A stretch of 64,000 nt of DNA, taken from positions 32,001 to 96,000 of the forward strand of contig CAXXSR010000002.1 of assembly GCA_963662615.2 (NCBI GenBank). Reading direction: 5' to 3'. Source of the DNA: Dehalococcoidia bacterium (GTDB lineage Bacteria > Chloroflexota > Dehalococcoidia > Bin125). Both the position numbers and the translations under genes were made by a program. Numbering within the stretch: the first letter of the stretch is position 1; the number at the start of each line of letters is the position of its first letter. The notes beneath the pieces are model-generated. The model ran no database searches. It was not told the DNA's origin and saw only the letters and a program-made list of their open reading frames with translations. Shown one piece after another: positions 29,187-39,346 of this stretch.

Positions 29187-29218
29187 CGAGGGCCCGACGG
29201 AATCCCGTCGGGCCCTCG
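29187..29218 (-). terminator. Intrinsic terminator-like hairpin after the chemoreceptor gene
   Basis: 14-bp perfect stem CGAGGGCCCGACGG/CCGTCGGGCCCTCG, 4-nt loop, 22 bp beyond the stop, short U-rich tail. Confidence 0.75.
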
Positions 29219-29240
29219 CAGCATCCGTCTCTAACCGACG

Positions 29241-31381
29241 CTAGGCGGCGGCACGCTCTTCCGCGGTCGGCAGGGCGGTGGGGGCGTCGCCCGCGCGCTC
29301 CTGCCCTCGCAGCTTGAATGCCGCGACCCGCTGGTTGAGTTCGTCCGCCATGCGGCCCAACGACTCCGAGGCCGCCGTCACCTCCTGCACCTGCGCGCTC
29401 ATCTCTTGCGCCGCCGCCGAGACCTCCTGCGTGCCGGCGCTGTTCTCCTGGGCGACGGCGGCGATCGATCCCACCGCCTCGCTGACGCCCCGCAACTCTT
29501 CGAGGATCTCTCCAATCAGCGTCACCATCTGCCCGCCGGCCTCCTGCAGGTCGTTGGAGTTGGTGGAGAGCTGGCCGATCTCCACGGTGACCGATTCCAC
29601 CGCGGAGAGGATGCCCGCCAGGGCCTCCCCGGCCTCGGCCGCCACCGCGGCGCCGCTCTCCGTCTCCGCCGCCCCCTGCTCCATCGCCTTGACCGACCCG
29701 TCCACGCTTTCCTGCACGCCGCCGATCAGGTCGGCGATGTCCTTGGTGGCGCTGCTGACGCGCTCGGCCAGCTTGCGCACCTCGTCGGCGACGACAGCGA
29801 AGCCGCGGCCCTGCTCGCCGGCCCGGGCCGCCTCAATGGCGGCGTTGAGCGCCAGCAAGTTGGTCTGCGCCGCGATGTCGTCGATCACCGCCACGATCTT
29901 GCCAATCTCGGCCGAGCGCTCGCCCAGCCGGGCAATCTCCTCGGAGGCGGCGGCGACGGTGCTCTTAATCCGGGCCATGCCTTCCACCGTCTTCTGCACC
30001 GCCTCCGCGCCGCCCTGGGCCGTCTCCGTGGCCTGCTTGGCGTTGCCCGCCGCCGCCTCGGCGCGCTCCGCCATGGAGACCGCGGCGGCGGCAACCTGCT
30101 CGCGCGCCTGCTCTTCAATCGTCGCCGCGGACGCCGTGACCTTCTCCACCGACTCGTTGACGCCCTGCACGCTCTTGGCCTGCTCGCCTGTCCCCTCGGC
30201 CACCTGCCCCATCGTCGTAGCGATCTGGCCGGATGCCGCCGCTGCCTCTTTGGCCGCGCCGGCCAACTGATCCTTGGACGTGGCCACACTGCCGGCGGTC
30301 TCGCTCACCTGGCCAATGACGTTGTTCAAATTGTTCGTCATGGTGATGAAGGCGGCGCCCAGCTTGTCCTTCTCCGACTTGGCGGTGACCTCCACGGTGA
30401 GATCCCCATCCGCAATCTGCTCCGCCGCGCCGGCCATGCCCTGCATGTAGTCAACCATGTTGACGAAGGCGTTGCCCAGCGTGTCCTGTTCCGACTTGGG
30501 AGTCACTTCCACCGTGACGTCGCCCTCAGCGATGGTCCCCGCCGCCGTCGCCATCTCACCGAGGTATGCCTGCATGTTGCCGTAGGCGCGGGACATGTCG
30601 CCCACTTCGTCGTTATTCTTGATGCCGACCTTCACGCCCAGATCGCCCACGGCGATGCGCTGAAGTCCGCGCACGATCGCCTTGGTGCCCTTGGACAGGG
30701 ACCAGGACAGGTAGGCCGCCGTGCCCAGGCCAATGGCCACGGCGAGGACGAGCACTACGATGATGATGGTCCGCGAGGACGTGAAGGTGCTGTCCGCTTG
30801 CGCCGCGGAGATGGCCGCTTCGTGCTCGAAGTCGGCCGCAAGCTCTACCAGCTCGTCAACGAAGAGGGCGAACGCCACCTCGCCCTCGCCACTGAGGACG
30901 GCCTCCCCGGCGGCGACGTGAGGCCGGCCTCTTCGTCGGCCTGGACCTCTTCGAGCTCGAGCAGGAAGATGTGCCAGTTCGCGTCGATCTCGGCGACCAG
31001 CGCGAGCTCCGCGCTGTTGAGCAGGCCTGAATTCGCCAGCTCTTCGATCTTGTGCGTGACGTCCGCCGCTTCGACTTCGGCCTCGGCCAGGAAGTGCTCG
31101 GCCTGCTCCTGGAGCTCGGCGGAGTGGACGGGGTCCTCTACCGCGATGTCGGAGGCCATGAGAGCGGCGAGGACGCCCTTCGTCATGTGCTCCTCGACCT
31201 CCAGGCCCTCCTCTTCAATCTGACTGGTCAGGAGGATGGACTGCAGGTCCACCTCAAAGATCTGCTGCGCGTCCCGGTCAAGGCTGCCCATGCGGGTAAT
31301 GGACAGCACTCCCAGCACCGCCGTGAGGGCGATGACGATGCCGAACCCGGCAGCCAGCTTGGCGCTAATGGGTAGTCGCAT
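29241..31381 (-). pseudogene. Methyl-accepting chemotaxis protein split by a 1-bp frameshift near 30920
   Basis: 5' part: LPISAKLAAGF TM1 + helical sensor; 3' part: TM2, multiple [42 protein letters not shown]; one extra base at GGC CTC ^AC GTC joins the frames. Confidence 0.88.
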
Positions 31382-31447
31382 GGTGGGGAACCTTTCGCTC
31401 GCTGAAGTGAGGCCTTGAAGTCTGAAGCCCAATACTCCTGTCGACCG

Positions 31448-32662
31448 CTAATCGGCCGACGCGTCCTCAAGGACGTCGCGCACATTCACCGGCTGAATCG
31501 GGCGATTGTTCGTCCCGACGACGTCCGTGAACGCCTCCGTCTGGGCCGAGGCGATCGGCAACGTGCCGCTGAGCACCGACCATTTCACACTCTCGGAGCA
31601 GGGTGGCGTGGTCAGGGAGCCCATGTAGCGGTAAGCAGTGCGCCCTACCGGCAGGATCGTGTCCAGCATGAAGGCGTGTACTGACGCTTCGTCCCCGGCG
31701 CTGTGTGGCATGGCCTCCCAGATCGGGTCAAGCGCTTCGCTGCGCTCGCCGTGCTCAAAGAGCACGCCCACCACGGCCAGGCTGCCTCCGGCGTTCGCGT
31801 GCACGAAGTGCATCTCCATGGCGAAGTGCTTGTCGTTCAGCTCGTGCTCGCTGGGCACGTGCCAGTGGAACTGGAGCAACTCGTAGCGTCCATCGTCGAT
31901 CACGACGTAGCTGCCGGCTTCCACGTTGGCCTGGATCGTGTGCCCGTTGTTGATGACGTGCAGGTCGGTGACTCCGTAGGCAAAGATGATGTCCGTCAGC
32001 CCGATCCGGCTGGTGGCGCTGATGTTGATGGGGGACTGCTGCTCGCCCGTGTTGCACGTGGCGAACGCGGGGCTGAGGTCGCCCCAGGCGCCGGGCCTAT
32101 CCGCGGCCCCGGCGTAGGTCCAGTGCGGCGCGCCGCCGCCGTGCGCCTCTTCGGCGGCCGGCTCCGCGTCCCCGTGCTCGGGGGCGGCGTCGACTGCCTC
32201 GTGAGGGTCAACGGCGCCGTGCTCCGCGCCGCCGGCTTCCTCCGCCGTCGCGGCCACCTCGTGAGCGGTCGCGGCGTCCTGATCGGCGGCCTCTCCGTGC
32301 TCAGCGACGGCGGCGCCGTGCTCGGCGACCTCTCCGTGCTCAGCAACGGCGGCGCCGTGCTCGGCGACCTCTTCTCCGTGCTCAGCGACGGCGGCGCCGT
32401 GTTCGGCGACCTCTTCTCCGTGCTCAGCGACGGCGGCCCCGTTGTGTCCGGCTCCGCCGCCCTCCGCCTCGTGCTCGGGCTCGGTGGCAGCGTGCTCTTG
32501 ATCAGCCGCTCGCTGCTCCCGCAGTTCGGCCAGCGTCGACCCCTCCCCTGCGCCCTCGGACGCGGCGCTATCGCCGCCGCCGCAGGCCGCGAACAGCAAC
32601 ATCGCGGCGACCGGGAAGATGAGCAGAGCCGGCCAGTTCCTCTTGCGTCGAAACATCTGCAT
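31448..32662 (-). CDS. Lipoprotein alpha-carbonic anhydrase with His/Glu-rich repeat linker
   Basis: Lipobox LFAAC; HWTY, QSPINI, NNGHT, QFHWH, SEH, EMHFVH, GSLTTPPCSE, NNRPIQP; GGAGG RBS. Confidence 0.95.
   Translation of the reverse strand: MQMFRRKRNWPALLIFPVAAMLLFAACGGGDSAASEGAGEGSTLAELREQRAADQEHAATEPEHEAEGGGAGHNGAAVAEHGEEVAEHGAAVAEHGEEVAEHGAAVAEHGEVAEHGAAVAEHGEAADQDAATAHEVAATAEEAGGAEHGAVDPHEAVDAAPEHGDAEPAAEEAHGGGAPHWTYAGAADRPGAWGDLSPAFATCNTGEQQSPINISATSRIGLTDIIFAYGVTDLHVINNGHTIQANVEAGSYVVIDDGRYELLQFHWHVPSEHELNDKHFAMEMHFVHANAGGSLAVVGVLFEHGERSEALDPIWEAMPHSAGDEASVHAFMLDTILPVGRTAYRYMGSLTTPPCSESVKWSVLSGTLPIASAQTEAFTDVVGTNNRPIQPVNVRDVLEDASAD
32292..32440 (-). repeat. Coding tandem repeat, seven (AA/EE)VAEHG units of about 21 bp
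   Basis: Alternating AAVAEHG / EEVAEHG, one unit shortened by a codon. Confidence 0.92.
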
Positions 32663-32985
32663 TTCGCCTCCAGAATCCAACGATGTTGCCCACTAAGGGT
32701 CGTCCCCGCCCCGGCGTCCACTGACGCCTTCTTAGGCGAGCATGTCCAACGTAAGAGGACGCACCCACGCGCCCCATCGGGGATCATGCTTAGGCGGACA
32801 CCGGAAAAGTCAGATTCCAGGCGAATATTTCTCGGGAGCCTTAAGGCGAAGCCAAAGGGCCTGCCGCCCTTCCGGAGGAAGGACCCCGCCCGCCCCGCAG
32901 CCTCTCAGGTGGCCCAGCGCGATGCGTCGGCGGGACGTGGCTCGCCCCCAACGCCGCCCAACCGCCCGCAGCGAAGCCCGCGTTC

Positions 32986-34197
32986 CTAGCTCCCGGCAGC
33001 CGCGGCCATAGCAGCCCGCCAGCGGCCCTCAAGGTCGGCGGCGCGCACTGTCTCCAGGACGTAATCCCCGTAGGCGCGGGAGGTCGCCCCGGTGTCACGG
33101 CCGGTCATGACCAGCGCGCGCTCGTACTGACCGCAGAGGTCCAGGGCTCTGTTGAGGCGGTCGCCGAGTTCCGCGTAGCCGATGTGGGAGAGGAGCATGG
33201 CGCCGGCGCGGATCAGGGAGGAGGGATCGGCGTACTGGGCACGCCCCTCCCGCACCATCCGCGGGGCGGAGCCGTGGATCGCCTCGAACATCGCGCAGCG
33301 ATTGCCAATGTTGGCGCTGCCGGCCGTGCCCACGCCGCCCTGTAGCTCGGCCGCCTCGTCCGTGAGGATGTCGCCATAGAGGTTGGGCAGCACCAGGACC
33401 TGGAAGCCGGCGCGGCGCTTGGGGTCCACCAGCTTCGCCGTCATGATGTCGATGTACCAGCCCTCCCAGGAGATGCCCGGGTAGTCCTCTCCCACCTGCC
33501 GAGCCGCGTCCAGAAAGGCGCCGTCCGTGGTCTTGACCACGTTGGCCTTCGTTACCACGGTGACGCTGGTCTTGCCGTTGGCCTTCGCAAATTCAAACGC
33601 CGCCCGAATGATGCGCTCGTTCCCCGGGTTGGAGAGAATCTTGAAATCGATGTTGAGGTCGTGCCACTGCAGGCCCTGGCTGCCCACGGCGTAGACGTCT
33701 TCCGTGTTCTCGCGGAAAAAGGTCCAATCGACTCCCTGGGACGGGATCCGCACGGGCCGGACGTTGGCAAAGAGGTCCAGCTCCTTGCGCATGGCAACGT
33801 TGGCGCTCTCAATGTTGGGCCATTGATCGCCCTTTTCCGGCGTGGTGGTGGGGCCTTTGAGCGTGACGTGGCACTGCTTGATGGCGGTGAGGATGTCGGC
33901 GGGGATCGCTTCGCCGGCGGCGGCGCGATTCTCAATGGTCAGGCCGTCGATGGTGCGAAACTCGACGGCGCCCGCCGCCAGCTGGTCCACCAGCAACACT
34001 TCCAGGACATGCCGCGCCTCGGCGGCGATGGCGGGACCAATGCCGTCGCCACCAATGACGCCAATGATCACCGTTTTCAGGGCCCGGTAATCAATGGGGT
34101 CGCCCTGCTCCTTGATCCGTGCGACGCGGGCGGCCTGCTCCTCCAGGATGCGGCCGAAGTGCTCCTTGGCGTCTTCAATCGCGTCTACGCGCGCCAC
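32986..34197 (-). CDS. Isocitrate/isopropylmalate dehydrogenase family enzyme (probable isocitrate dehydrogenase)
   Basis: GDGIGP, KGPTTTP, SANVAMRKELDLFANVRP, RENTED, KANVVK, NLYGDILTD, FEAIHGSAP. Confidence 0.93.
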   Translation of the reverse strand: MARVDAIEDAKEHFGRILEEQAARVARIKEQGDPIDYRALKTVIIGVIGGDGIGPAIAAEARHVLEVLLVDQLAAGAVEFRTIDGLTIENRAAAGEAIPADILTAIKQCHVTLKGPTTTPEKGDQWPNIESANVAMRKELDLFANVRPVRIPSQGVDWTFFRENTEDVYAVGSQGLQWHDLNIDFKILSNPGNERIIRAAFEFAKANGKTSVTVVTKANVVKTTDGAFLDAARQVGEDYPGISWEGWYIDIMTAKLVDPKRRAGFQVLVLPNLYGDILTDEAAELQGGVGTAGSANIGNRCAMFEAIHGSAPRMVREGRAQYADPSSLIRAGAMLLSHIGYAELGDRLNRALDLCGQYERALVMTGRDTGATSRAYGDYVLETVRAADLEGRWRAAMAAAAGS

Positions 34198-34310
34198 TGC
34201 CGCTCCTTCCGCGCCTCGTCACGTGAGGGCGGCACCCATGGGCCCGCCGCGCCCGAGTCTCAAGGATCGCCCTCGGCGGCGCAAGCGGCCACGTTGGCGG
34301 GCCGGCCGAC

Positions 34311-36311
34311 TTAGCCGCTCAGCCCCAAGTCGCGGAGGAAGGCGTTGGGCGTGGGCTCGCGGCCGAGAAACTCCCGCACGAGCGCATCGCCGTCCTCAGC
34401 GCCACCGCGCTCCAAGATCATGCGCCGATAATCCCGGCCCAACGCGGGATCGTGGAGACCGCCCTGCTCAAAGCGCGTGAACATGTCGTCGCCGTAGACC
34501 TTCGACCAAAGGTAGCCGTAGTAGCCGGCGTCGTAGCCGAAGAGATGACCGAAGCCCGCCTGAAAGTGCGTATCGCTGACGAAGGGGAAGCCGGTGATGG
34601 GATGGAGTTCCCGCGCGATGGCGTCGGTGTCCTTCCGTTGCCCGGGGCCGTGATAGGCGAGGTCGAGGCGGGCGAAGTAGATCTGTCGCAGCGTGGCGAT
34701 GCCGCTGCTGACGTTCTTGGCCGCCACCATGCGGTCGATCAGGTCCGCCGGCAGCGGATCGCCGCTGCGGTGGTGGCGGGTGAAGCTCCGCAGGACGTCG
34801 GGCTGCCAGCACCAGTGCTCCAGCATCTGCGAAGGCGCCTCCACGAAGTCACGCTCCACGTGGGTGCCGGCAAAGCGGAGATAGCGGGAACGGGTCAGCG
34901 TCTGGTGGAGGATGTGGCCGAACTCGTGGAAGAGTGTGATGACCTCCGAATGTCGCAGCAGCGACGGCGACACGGCGGTGGGCTTGGTGAAGTTCGCCAC
35001 CATCGCGCTGATGGGCCGCTGGTACGTTCCGTCCGCAAGCAGGCGCCCGTTTCGCAGCGGGAAGGCCGCGGCGTGGCCGAACTTGTCCGGCCGCGGGTGC
35101 AGGTCCAGGTAAAAGTGGCCGAGGAGTTGCTCCTCCCGCGCATCGACGATGTCGAAGAGGCGCACGTCCGGATGCCACGGCCGCGCTTCCGCATGGGGCA
35201 GGAAGCGGACGCCCACCAGCGTTTGGTAGACAGCGAAGAGGCCCTCCAGCACGGCGTCCAGCGGGAAATACTCGACGACCTCGAAAGGGTCAACGCGGTG
35301 CTCTTCACGCAGGACGCGCTGTGTGTAGTAGCGCCAATCCCAGATCTGCACGGGGGCATCGCCGTCCAGGTGGCCTCGCCTCGATTCGCGCAGGACCTCC
35401 ATGTCAGCCCGGGCTTTGAACGCCACGCGGCGTTCCAGGTCATCGAGAAAATCGCCCACCGCGTGAGCCGTCTTGGCGACGCGAATCTCCAGCACGAAGT
35501 CGGCCCAGGAGCCGTAGCCAAGGGTCGTGGCGACGTCGTCGCGCAGCGCCACGGCCTCCTCCAGCAGCGCCAGATTCGTCTCGGACGCCTTGTTGTGGTT
35601 CTTGCGAAAGAGCGCTTCACGAAGGGCGCCGTCGTCCGCGGACTCCAGGAACGGGAACAGCTCTGGGTAGTCCAAGGAGACGCGGTACTGCGTCTCCCCG
35701 TTCACCTCTTCGGTGCGCAACCCCTGGATGTACGAATCCGGCAGGCCCGCGAGCTGGTCGCGTGAGAGAAGGAGGGCATCGTCATATTCATCGATGTTGC
35801 GACGAAACGCGATGCTCAGGGAGACCAGCCGCTCTTGTCGTTCCTGGACGTGACGCCGCTTCTGGGGCGACAGATCCATGCCGTTGCGGCGGAAGTCGCG
35901 AAGCTCGTGCGCCAGCAGGCGGGCTGCGTCGCCCTCCAGCGACCGGCCTTCGGCGCTGTCCGCGTACGCGCGCACGGCTCGCGAGATCTCCTCGCGAAAG
36001 CCCAGGGCGGTGGCAAAGGTGTCCAGTCGCTCCTCGTACTCGTGCGCCGTCTCGCGGATGGCGGCGTCGGTCGCCACCTGCGAGAGGAAACCGTAGCGGC
36101 CGCCGGCCTGGTCCAGGAGGTCGGCGATCTCCTCCAGCGGTTGCAGCGTGTTCTGAAACGTCCGCTGGCCCTCCGGCACGGAAGCCAGTTCGTCCACGAG
36201 CGCTTCGGCCCCGCGCATGGCGGCCTCGCAGCCGCTGCCGATCGCGGCCGGCGTGACGCCGGCGTAGTCGAAGGGAGCGAAGGGGTCGGCGGAGGCGTCC
36301 GAAGTTGCCAT
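34311..36311 (-). CDS. M3-family (thimet-like) oligopeptidase
   Basis: FYLDLHPRPDKFGHAA, FHEFGH, DFVEAPSQMLE, GYDAGYYGYLWS. Confidence 0.96.
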   Translation of the reverse strand: MATSDASADPFAPFDYAGVTPAAIGSGCEAAMRGAEALVDELASVPEGQRTFQNTLQPLEEIADLLDQAGGRYGFLSQVATDAAIRETAHEYEERLDTFATALGFREEISRAVRAYADSAEGRSLEGDAARLLAHELRDFRRNGMDLSPQKRRHVQERQERLVSLSIAFRRNIDEYDDALLLSRDQLAGLPDSYIQGLRTEEVNGETQYRVSLDYPELFPFLESADDGALREALFRKNHNKASETNLALLEEAVALRDDVATTLGYGSWADFVLEIRVAKTAHAVGDFLDDLERRVAFKARADMEVLRESRRGHLDGDAPVQIWDWRYYTQRVLREEHRVDPFEVVEYFPLDAVLEGLFAVYQTLVGVRFLPHAEARPWHPDVRLFDIVDAREEQLLGHFYLDLHPRPDKFGHAAAFPLRNGRLLADGTYQRPISAMVANFTKPTAVSPSLLRHSEVITLFHEFGHILHQTLTRSRYLRFAGTHVERDFVEAPSQMLEHWCWQPDVLRSFTRHHRSGDPLPADLIDRMVAAKNVSSGIATLRQIYFARLDLAYHGPGQRKDTDAIARELHPITGFPFVSDTHFQAGFGHLFGYDAGYYGYLWSKVYGDDMFTRFEQGGLHDPALGRDYRRMILERGGAEDGDALVREFLGREPTPNAFLRDLGLSG

Positions 36312-36478
36312 AGCGTTGGCAACCGTATCAGAGCATTGGCGCTCAGGGCGCAGCGGAGGAGCAGGCGCGCGGGAGGTGGTATACAGGTGCGAGAAAGCGC
36401 CAGCCGGGCAGGATCCGAATGTCGTGACGGGTTGAAGCCGGCCTCGATTGGAATGATGACCACGCCCCGGAAAGCGCC

Positions 36479-37648
36479 ATGGAAGCCGCACTGATCGTCG
36501 TCACTGTGGTCGCCGTCCTCCTCGGAGGCGCCGTGATCTACTTGATCGCGCGCCGGGCACGGTCGAGCGACGTCGATACCGAACCGCTCCTGACGGCCTT
36601 GCGCGGCGGCATCGCAGAGCTGCAGCAGCGGGCGCTGCAAGACAATAGCGAACAGTTCCTTACTCTCGCCGACGCTCGGCTCAAAACGGAGACGGCCCGC
36701 GGCGAGGAGCAGCTGAAGTCGCGCCAGCGGGAGATCGACACGGGGATGCGCAACATTGCGCAGGCATTGGAGAAGATGACCGGGTTCGTCCAAGCCGTGG
36801 ACAAGAAACGCAGCGACAGCATCCTTGAACTCGCCACGGTGACGACCGCGCTGATGGAAACAACCAGTCGGCTCGATCAGGCGCTCGCCGGCGGGCAGAC
36901 GCGTGGACAGTGGGGCGAGCGCATGGCGGAGGACGTCCTCCGCGTTGCGGGGTTCATTGAGGGTGTGAACTTTCGCAAGAACAGGCAGATCGATGCCGGC
37001 ACAACTCGCCCCGATTTCACGTTCCTCCTACCGCAAGAGCGGGTGCTGCACATGGATGTGAAGTTCCCGCTGGCCGGCTACCTGCGCTTCCTTGAGGCGG
37101 ACACGGACAGCAGCCGGACCGCCGCTACCAAGGAATTCCTCACGGACGTACGCCAACGGATCAAGGAAGTCACGACCCGGGATTACATCGATCCCGGCAA
37201 CGGGACACTCGATTACATGCTCGTCTTCATCCCCAACGAGCAGGTCTACGGATTCATTCACCAACAGGACGCGAGCATCGCGGACGAGGCGCTGCGCCAA
37301 CGCGTCGTGCTCTGTTCGCCGCTCACCCTCTTCGCCGTCCTCGCCGTGATGCGGCAGGCAATGGAAAACTTCCGTCTCGAGCAACATGCGAATGAGATCC
37401 TCGCGGCGCTGGGGGCATTCAACAAGCAGTGGACCAATTTCAAGGAGGCCATGGACGGCGTTGGGCGGCGCATCGAGCAGACGCAGAAGGCCTACGACAT
37501 CATGTCGGGAACGCGAGTGCGCCAGCTCGACCGGCAGGTCACCCGAGTTGAGCGACTGCGGCAGGAAGCGGGCATCGAAGCCGTGCTGCTGGATGAAGGC
37601 CAGCAGGATCCGGCCGAGATCCCCCCGTCCGTGGCCGACGTGGATTGA
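36479..37648 (+). CDS. rmuC: DNA recombination protein RmuC
   Basis: N-terminal TM, coiled coil, RGQWGE, RPD, DVKFP, FIPNE, SPLTL. Confidence 0.95.
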   Translation: MEAALIVVTVVAVLLGGAVIYLIARRARSSDVDTEPLLTALRGGIAELQQRALQDNSEQFLTLADARLKTETARGEEQLKSRQREIDTGMRNIAQALEKMTGFVQAVDKKRSDSILELATVTTALMETTSRLDQALAGGQTRGQWGERMAEDVLRVAGFIEGVNFRKNRQIDAGTTRPDFTFLLPQERVLHMDVKFPLAGYLRFLEADTDSSRTAATKEFLTDVRQRIKEVTTRDYIDPGNGTLDYMLVFIPNEQVYGFIHQQDASIADEALRQRVVLCSPLTLFAVLAVMRQAMENFRLEQHANEILAALGAFNKQWTNFKEAMDGVGRRIEQTQKAYDIMSGTRVRQLDRQVTRVERLRQEAGIEAVLLDEGQQDPAEIPPSVADVD

Positions 37649-37761
37649 GGTCGAATCTTTACCCCCTTGTATAAGAAGGCGGAGCCTCGGGGGCGCGCCC
37701 CCAGCGAGACGCAGGCGCTTGCTGCCGGACGAGGCAGCGAATCGAGGAGGAGGCGGGCGGC

Positions 37762-39162
37762 ATGACGGACCTCAACTTTGCCTCGATCGAAGAGCTGGCG
37801 GCGCTGATCCGCGCGAAGGATCTGTCCCCAGCGGAGCTGATGGAGCACACCCTGGCGCGGATTGAGGCGCTGAACCCACGGCTGAACGCGCTGGTGGCGC
37901 TGGATGCCGAGCGGGCGCGCGCGGAGGCGGCGGCGCAGACGCGGCGGCTGGCCGCCGGCGAGGAGCTGGGACCGCTGGGGGGCATCCCGCTCGGGGTGAA
38001 GGACCTGGAAAACGCGGCGGGGTTCGTGACCACCCGAGGCTCCCGCCTCTTCCGCGACAGCCCGCCCGCCCCCGAGGACGATGTGCACGTCGCCCGCCTC
38101 AGGGCGGCGGGGGCGATCGTGGTGGGAAAGACGAACACGCCCGAGTTCGGCCTCTTTCCCTACACCGACAACGAGCTGTTCGGCCCCACGCGCAACCCCT
38201 GGAAGCCGGAGCGGACGCCGGGCGGCTCCAGCGGCGGGTCGGCAGCGGCGTTGGCCTCCGGCATGCTGGCCCTGGCGACGGCCTCGGACGGGGGCGGGTC
38301 GATCAGGATCCCGGCCTGCTACAGCGGGCTGTACGGGCTCAAGCCATCGTTCGGGCGGGTCCCCATCGCGCCGCGCCTCCACGACGCCTGGATGGACACC
38401 AGCGTCTACGGCCCGCTCACGCGCACCGTCCCGGATGCGGCGCTCCTGCTCGACATCATGGCCGGCCCGCACGACGGCGACCGCAATTCGCTGCCGGCAG
38501 CCGGAATTTCCTATCGGCAGCGGCTGGAAGCGCCGTTGCCCCCTCTGCGCATCGCCTTCAACCGCACGCTGGGCGTCACCCGCGTGCAAGCGGACGTGAT
38601 GCGTGAGGTGGAGGCGGCCGTCAACACCTTCTCCGAACTGGGCCACGCCGTGGAGGAGAACGAGGACACGATCCCGGAGACGGGGTTGTGGTGGTTGAAG
38701 ATCGCGGCCTTCAACATTCTGGGGGAGCTGTGGGAGGCGTACTCGACCCACCACGACGCGATCGGCGCCGCCGCGCACGCCCTGCTGGAGCCCGGTCTGG
38801 ACACCGACGCCGAGGATTTCGGCACGTTCGCGCGGTTGCGCCGTGAGATCACGGAGTGGACCCGGGGGCTTTTCGAGCGCTACGACCTGCTGCTCACGCC
38901 AACCTTGCCCACGGAGGCGTTCTCGGCGGAAGGGCCCATCCCCATGGAGCTGGACGGCGAGCCGTTCAGCCCCATCGCTTTCACCTACCCGTTCAATTTC
39001 ACCGGCCACCCCGCCGCGTCGCTGCGGGCCGGGATGACCGATAACGGGCTGCCCTGCGGGCTGCAGATCGTGGGGCCGCGCTTCCGCGACGACTTGGTGC
39101 TACAGGCGTCGCGGGCGTACGAGCGGGCCCGACCCTGGGCGGATCGGTGGCCCGAGCTCTAG
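37762..39162 (+). CDS. Amidase signature family protein
   Basis: GVKD, GKTNTPEFG, GGSSGGS, SDGGGSIRIPA. Confidence 0.96.
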   Translation: MTDLNFASIEELAALIRAKDLSPAELMEHTLARIEALNPRLNALVALDAERARAEAAAQTRRLAAGEELGPLGGIPLGVKDLENAAGFVTTRGSRLFRDSPPAPEDDVHVARLRAAGAIVVGKTNTPEFGLFPYTDNELFGPTRNPWKPERTPGGSSGGSAAALASGMLALATASDGGGSIRIPACYSGLYGLKPSFGRVPIAPRLHDAWMDTSVYGPLTRTVPDAALLLDIMAGPHDGDRNSLPAAGISYRQRLEAPLPPLRIAFNRTLGVTRVQADVMREVEAAVNTFSELGHAVEENEDTIPETGLWWLKIAAFNILGELWEAYSTHHDAIGAAAHALLEPGLDTDAEDFGTFARLRREITEWTRGLFERYDLLLTPTLPTEAFSAEGPIPMELDGEPFSPIAFTYPFNFTGHPAASLRAGMTDNGLPCGLQIVGPRFRDDLVLQASRAYERARPWADRWPEL

Positions 39163-39346
39163 CGGGCTAGTCCCGCAGCGGCTCCACGCCGGCGCGCGGC
39201 CCTGGGACCCGGATTGCCAAACGGCGTCGGTGAAGCGCCTGTCGCAAACGCCATCGGCGAATTTGGTCACGCCAGCCTCCCCCGCGTCGACGGCGGAGCG
39301 CCGCCGCATGCTTGCTACACTCGCCGCAGCCAACCCGAGGGGAACC

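Noticed and set aside
32292-32440. CRISPR-like array
   Set aside because: Repeats are contiguous, in frame within the CA gene, have no unique spacers, and no cas genes are present.
31382-32900. Sigma28-like promoters for the CA and MCP genes
   Set aside because: Only partial matches (TAAG-N15-GCCG without ATAA); too weak in GC-rich DNA.
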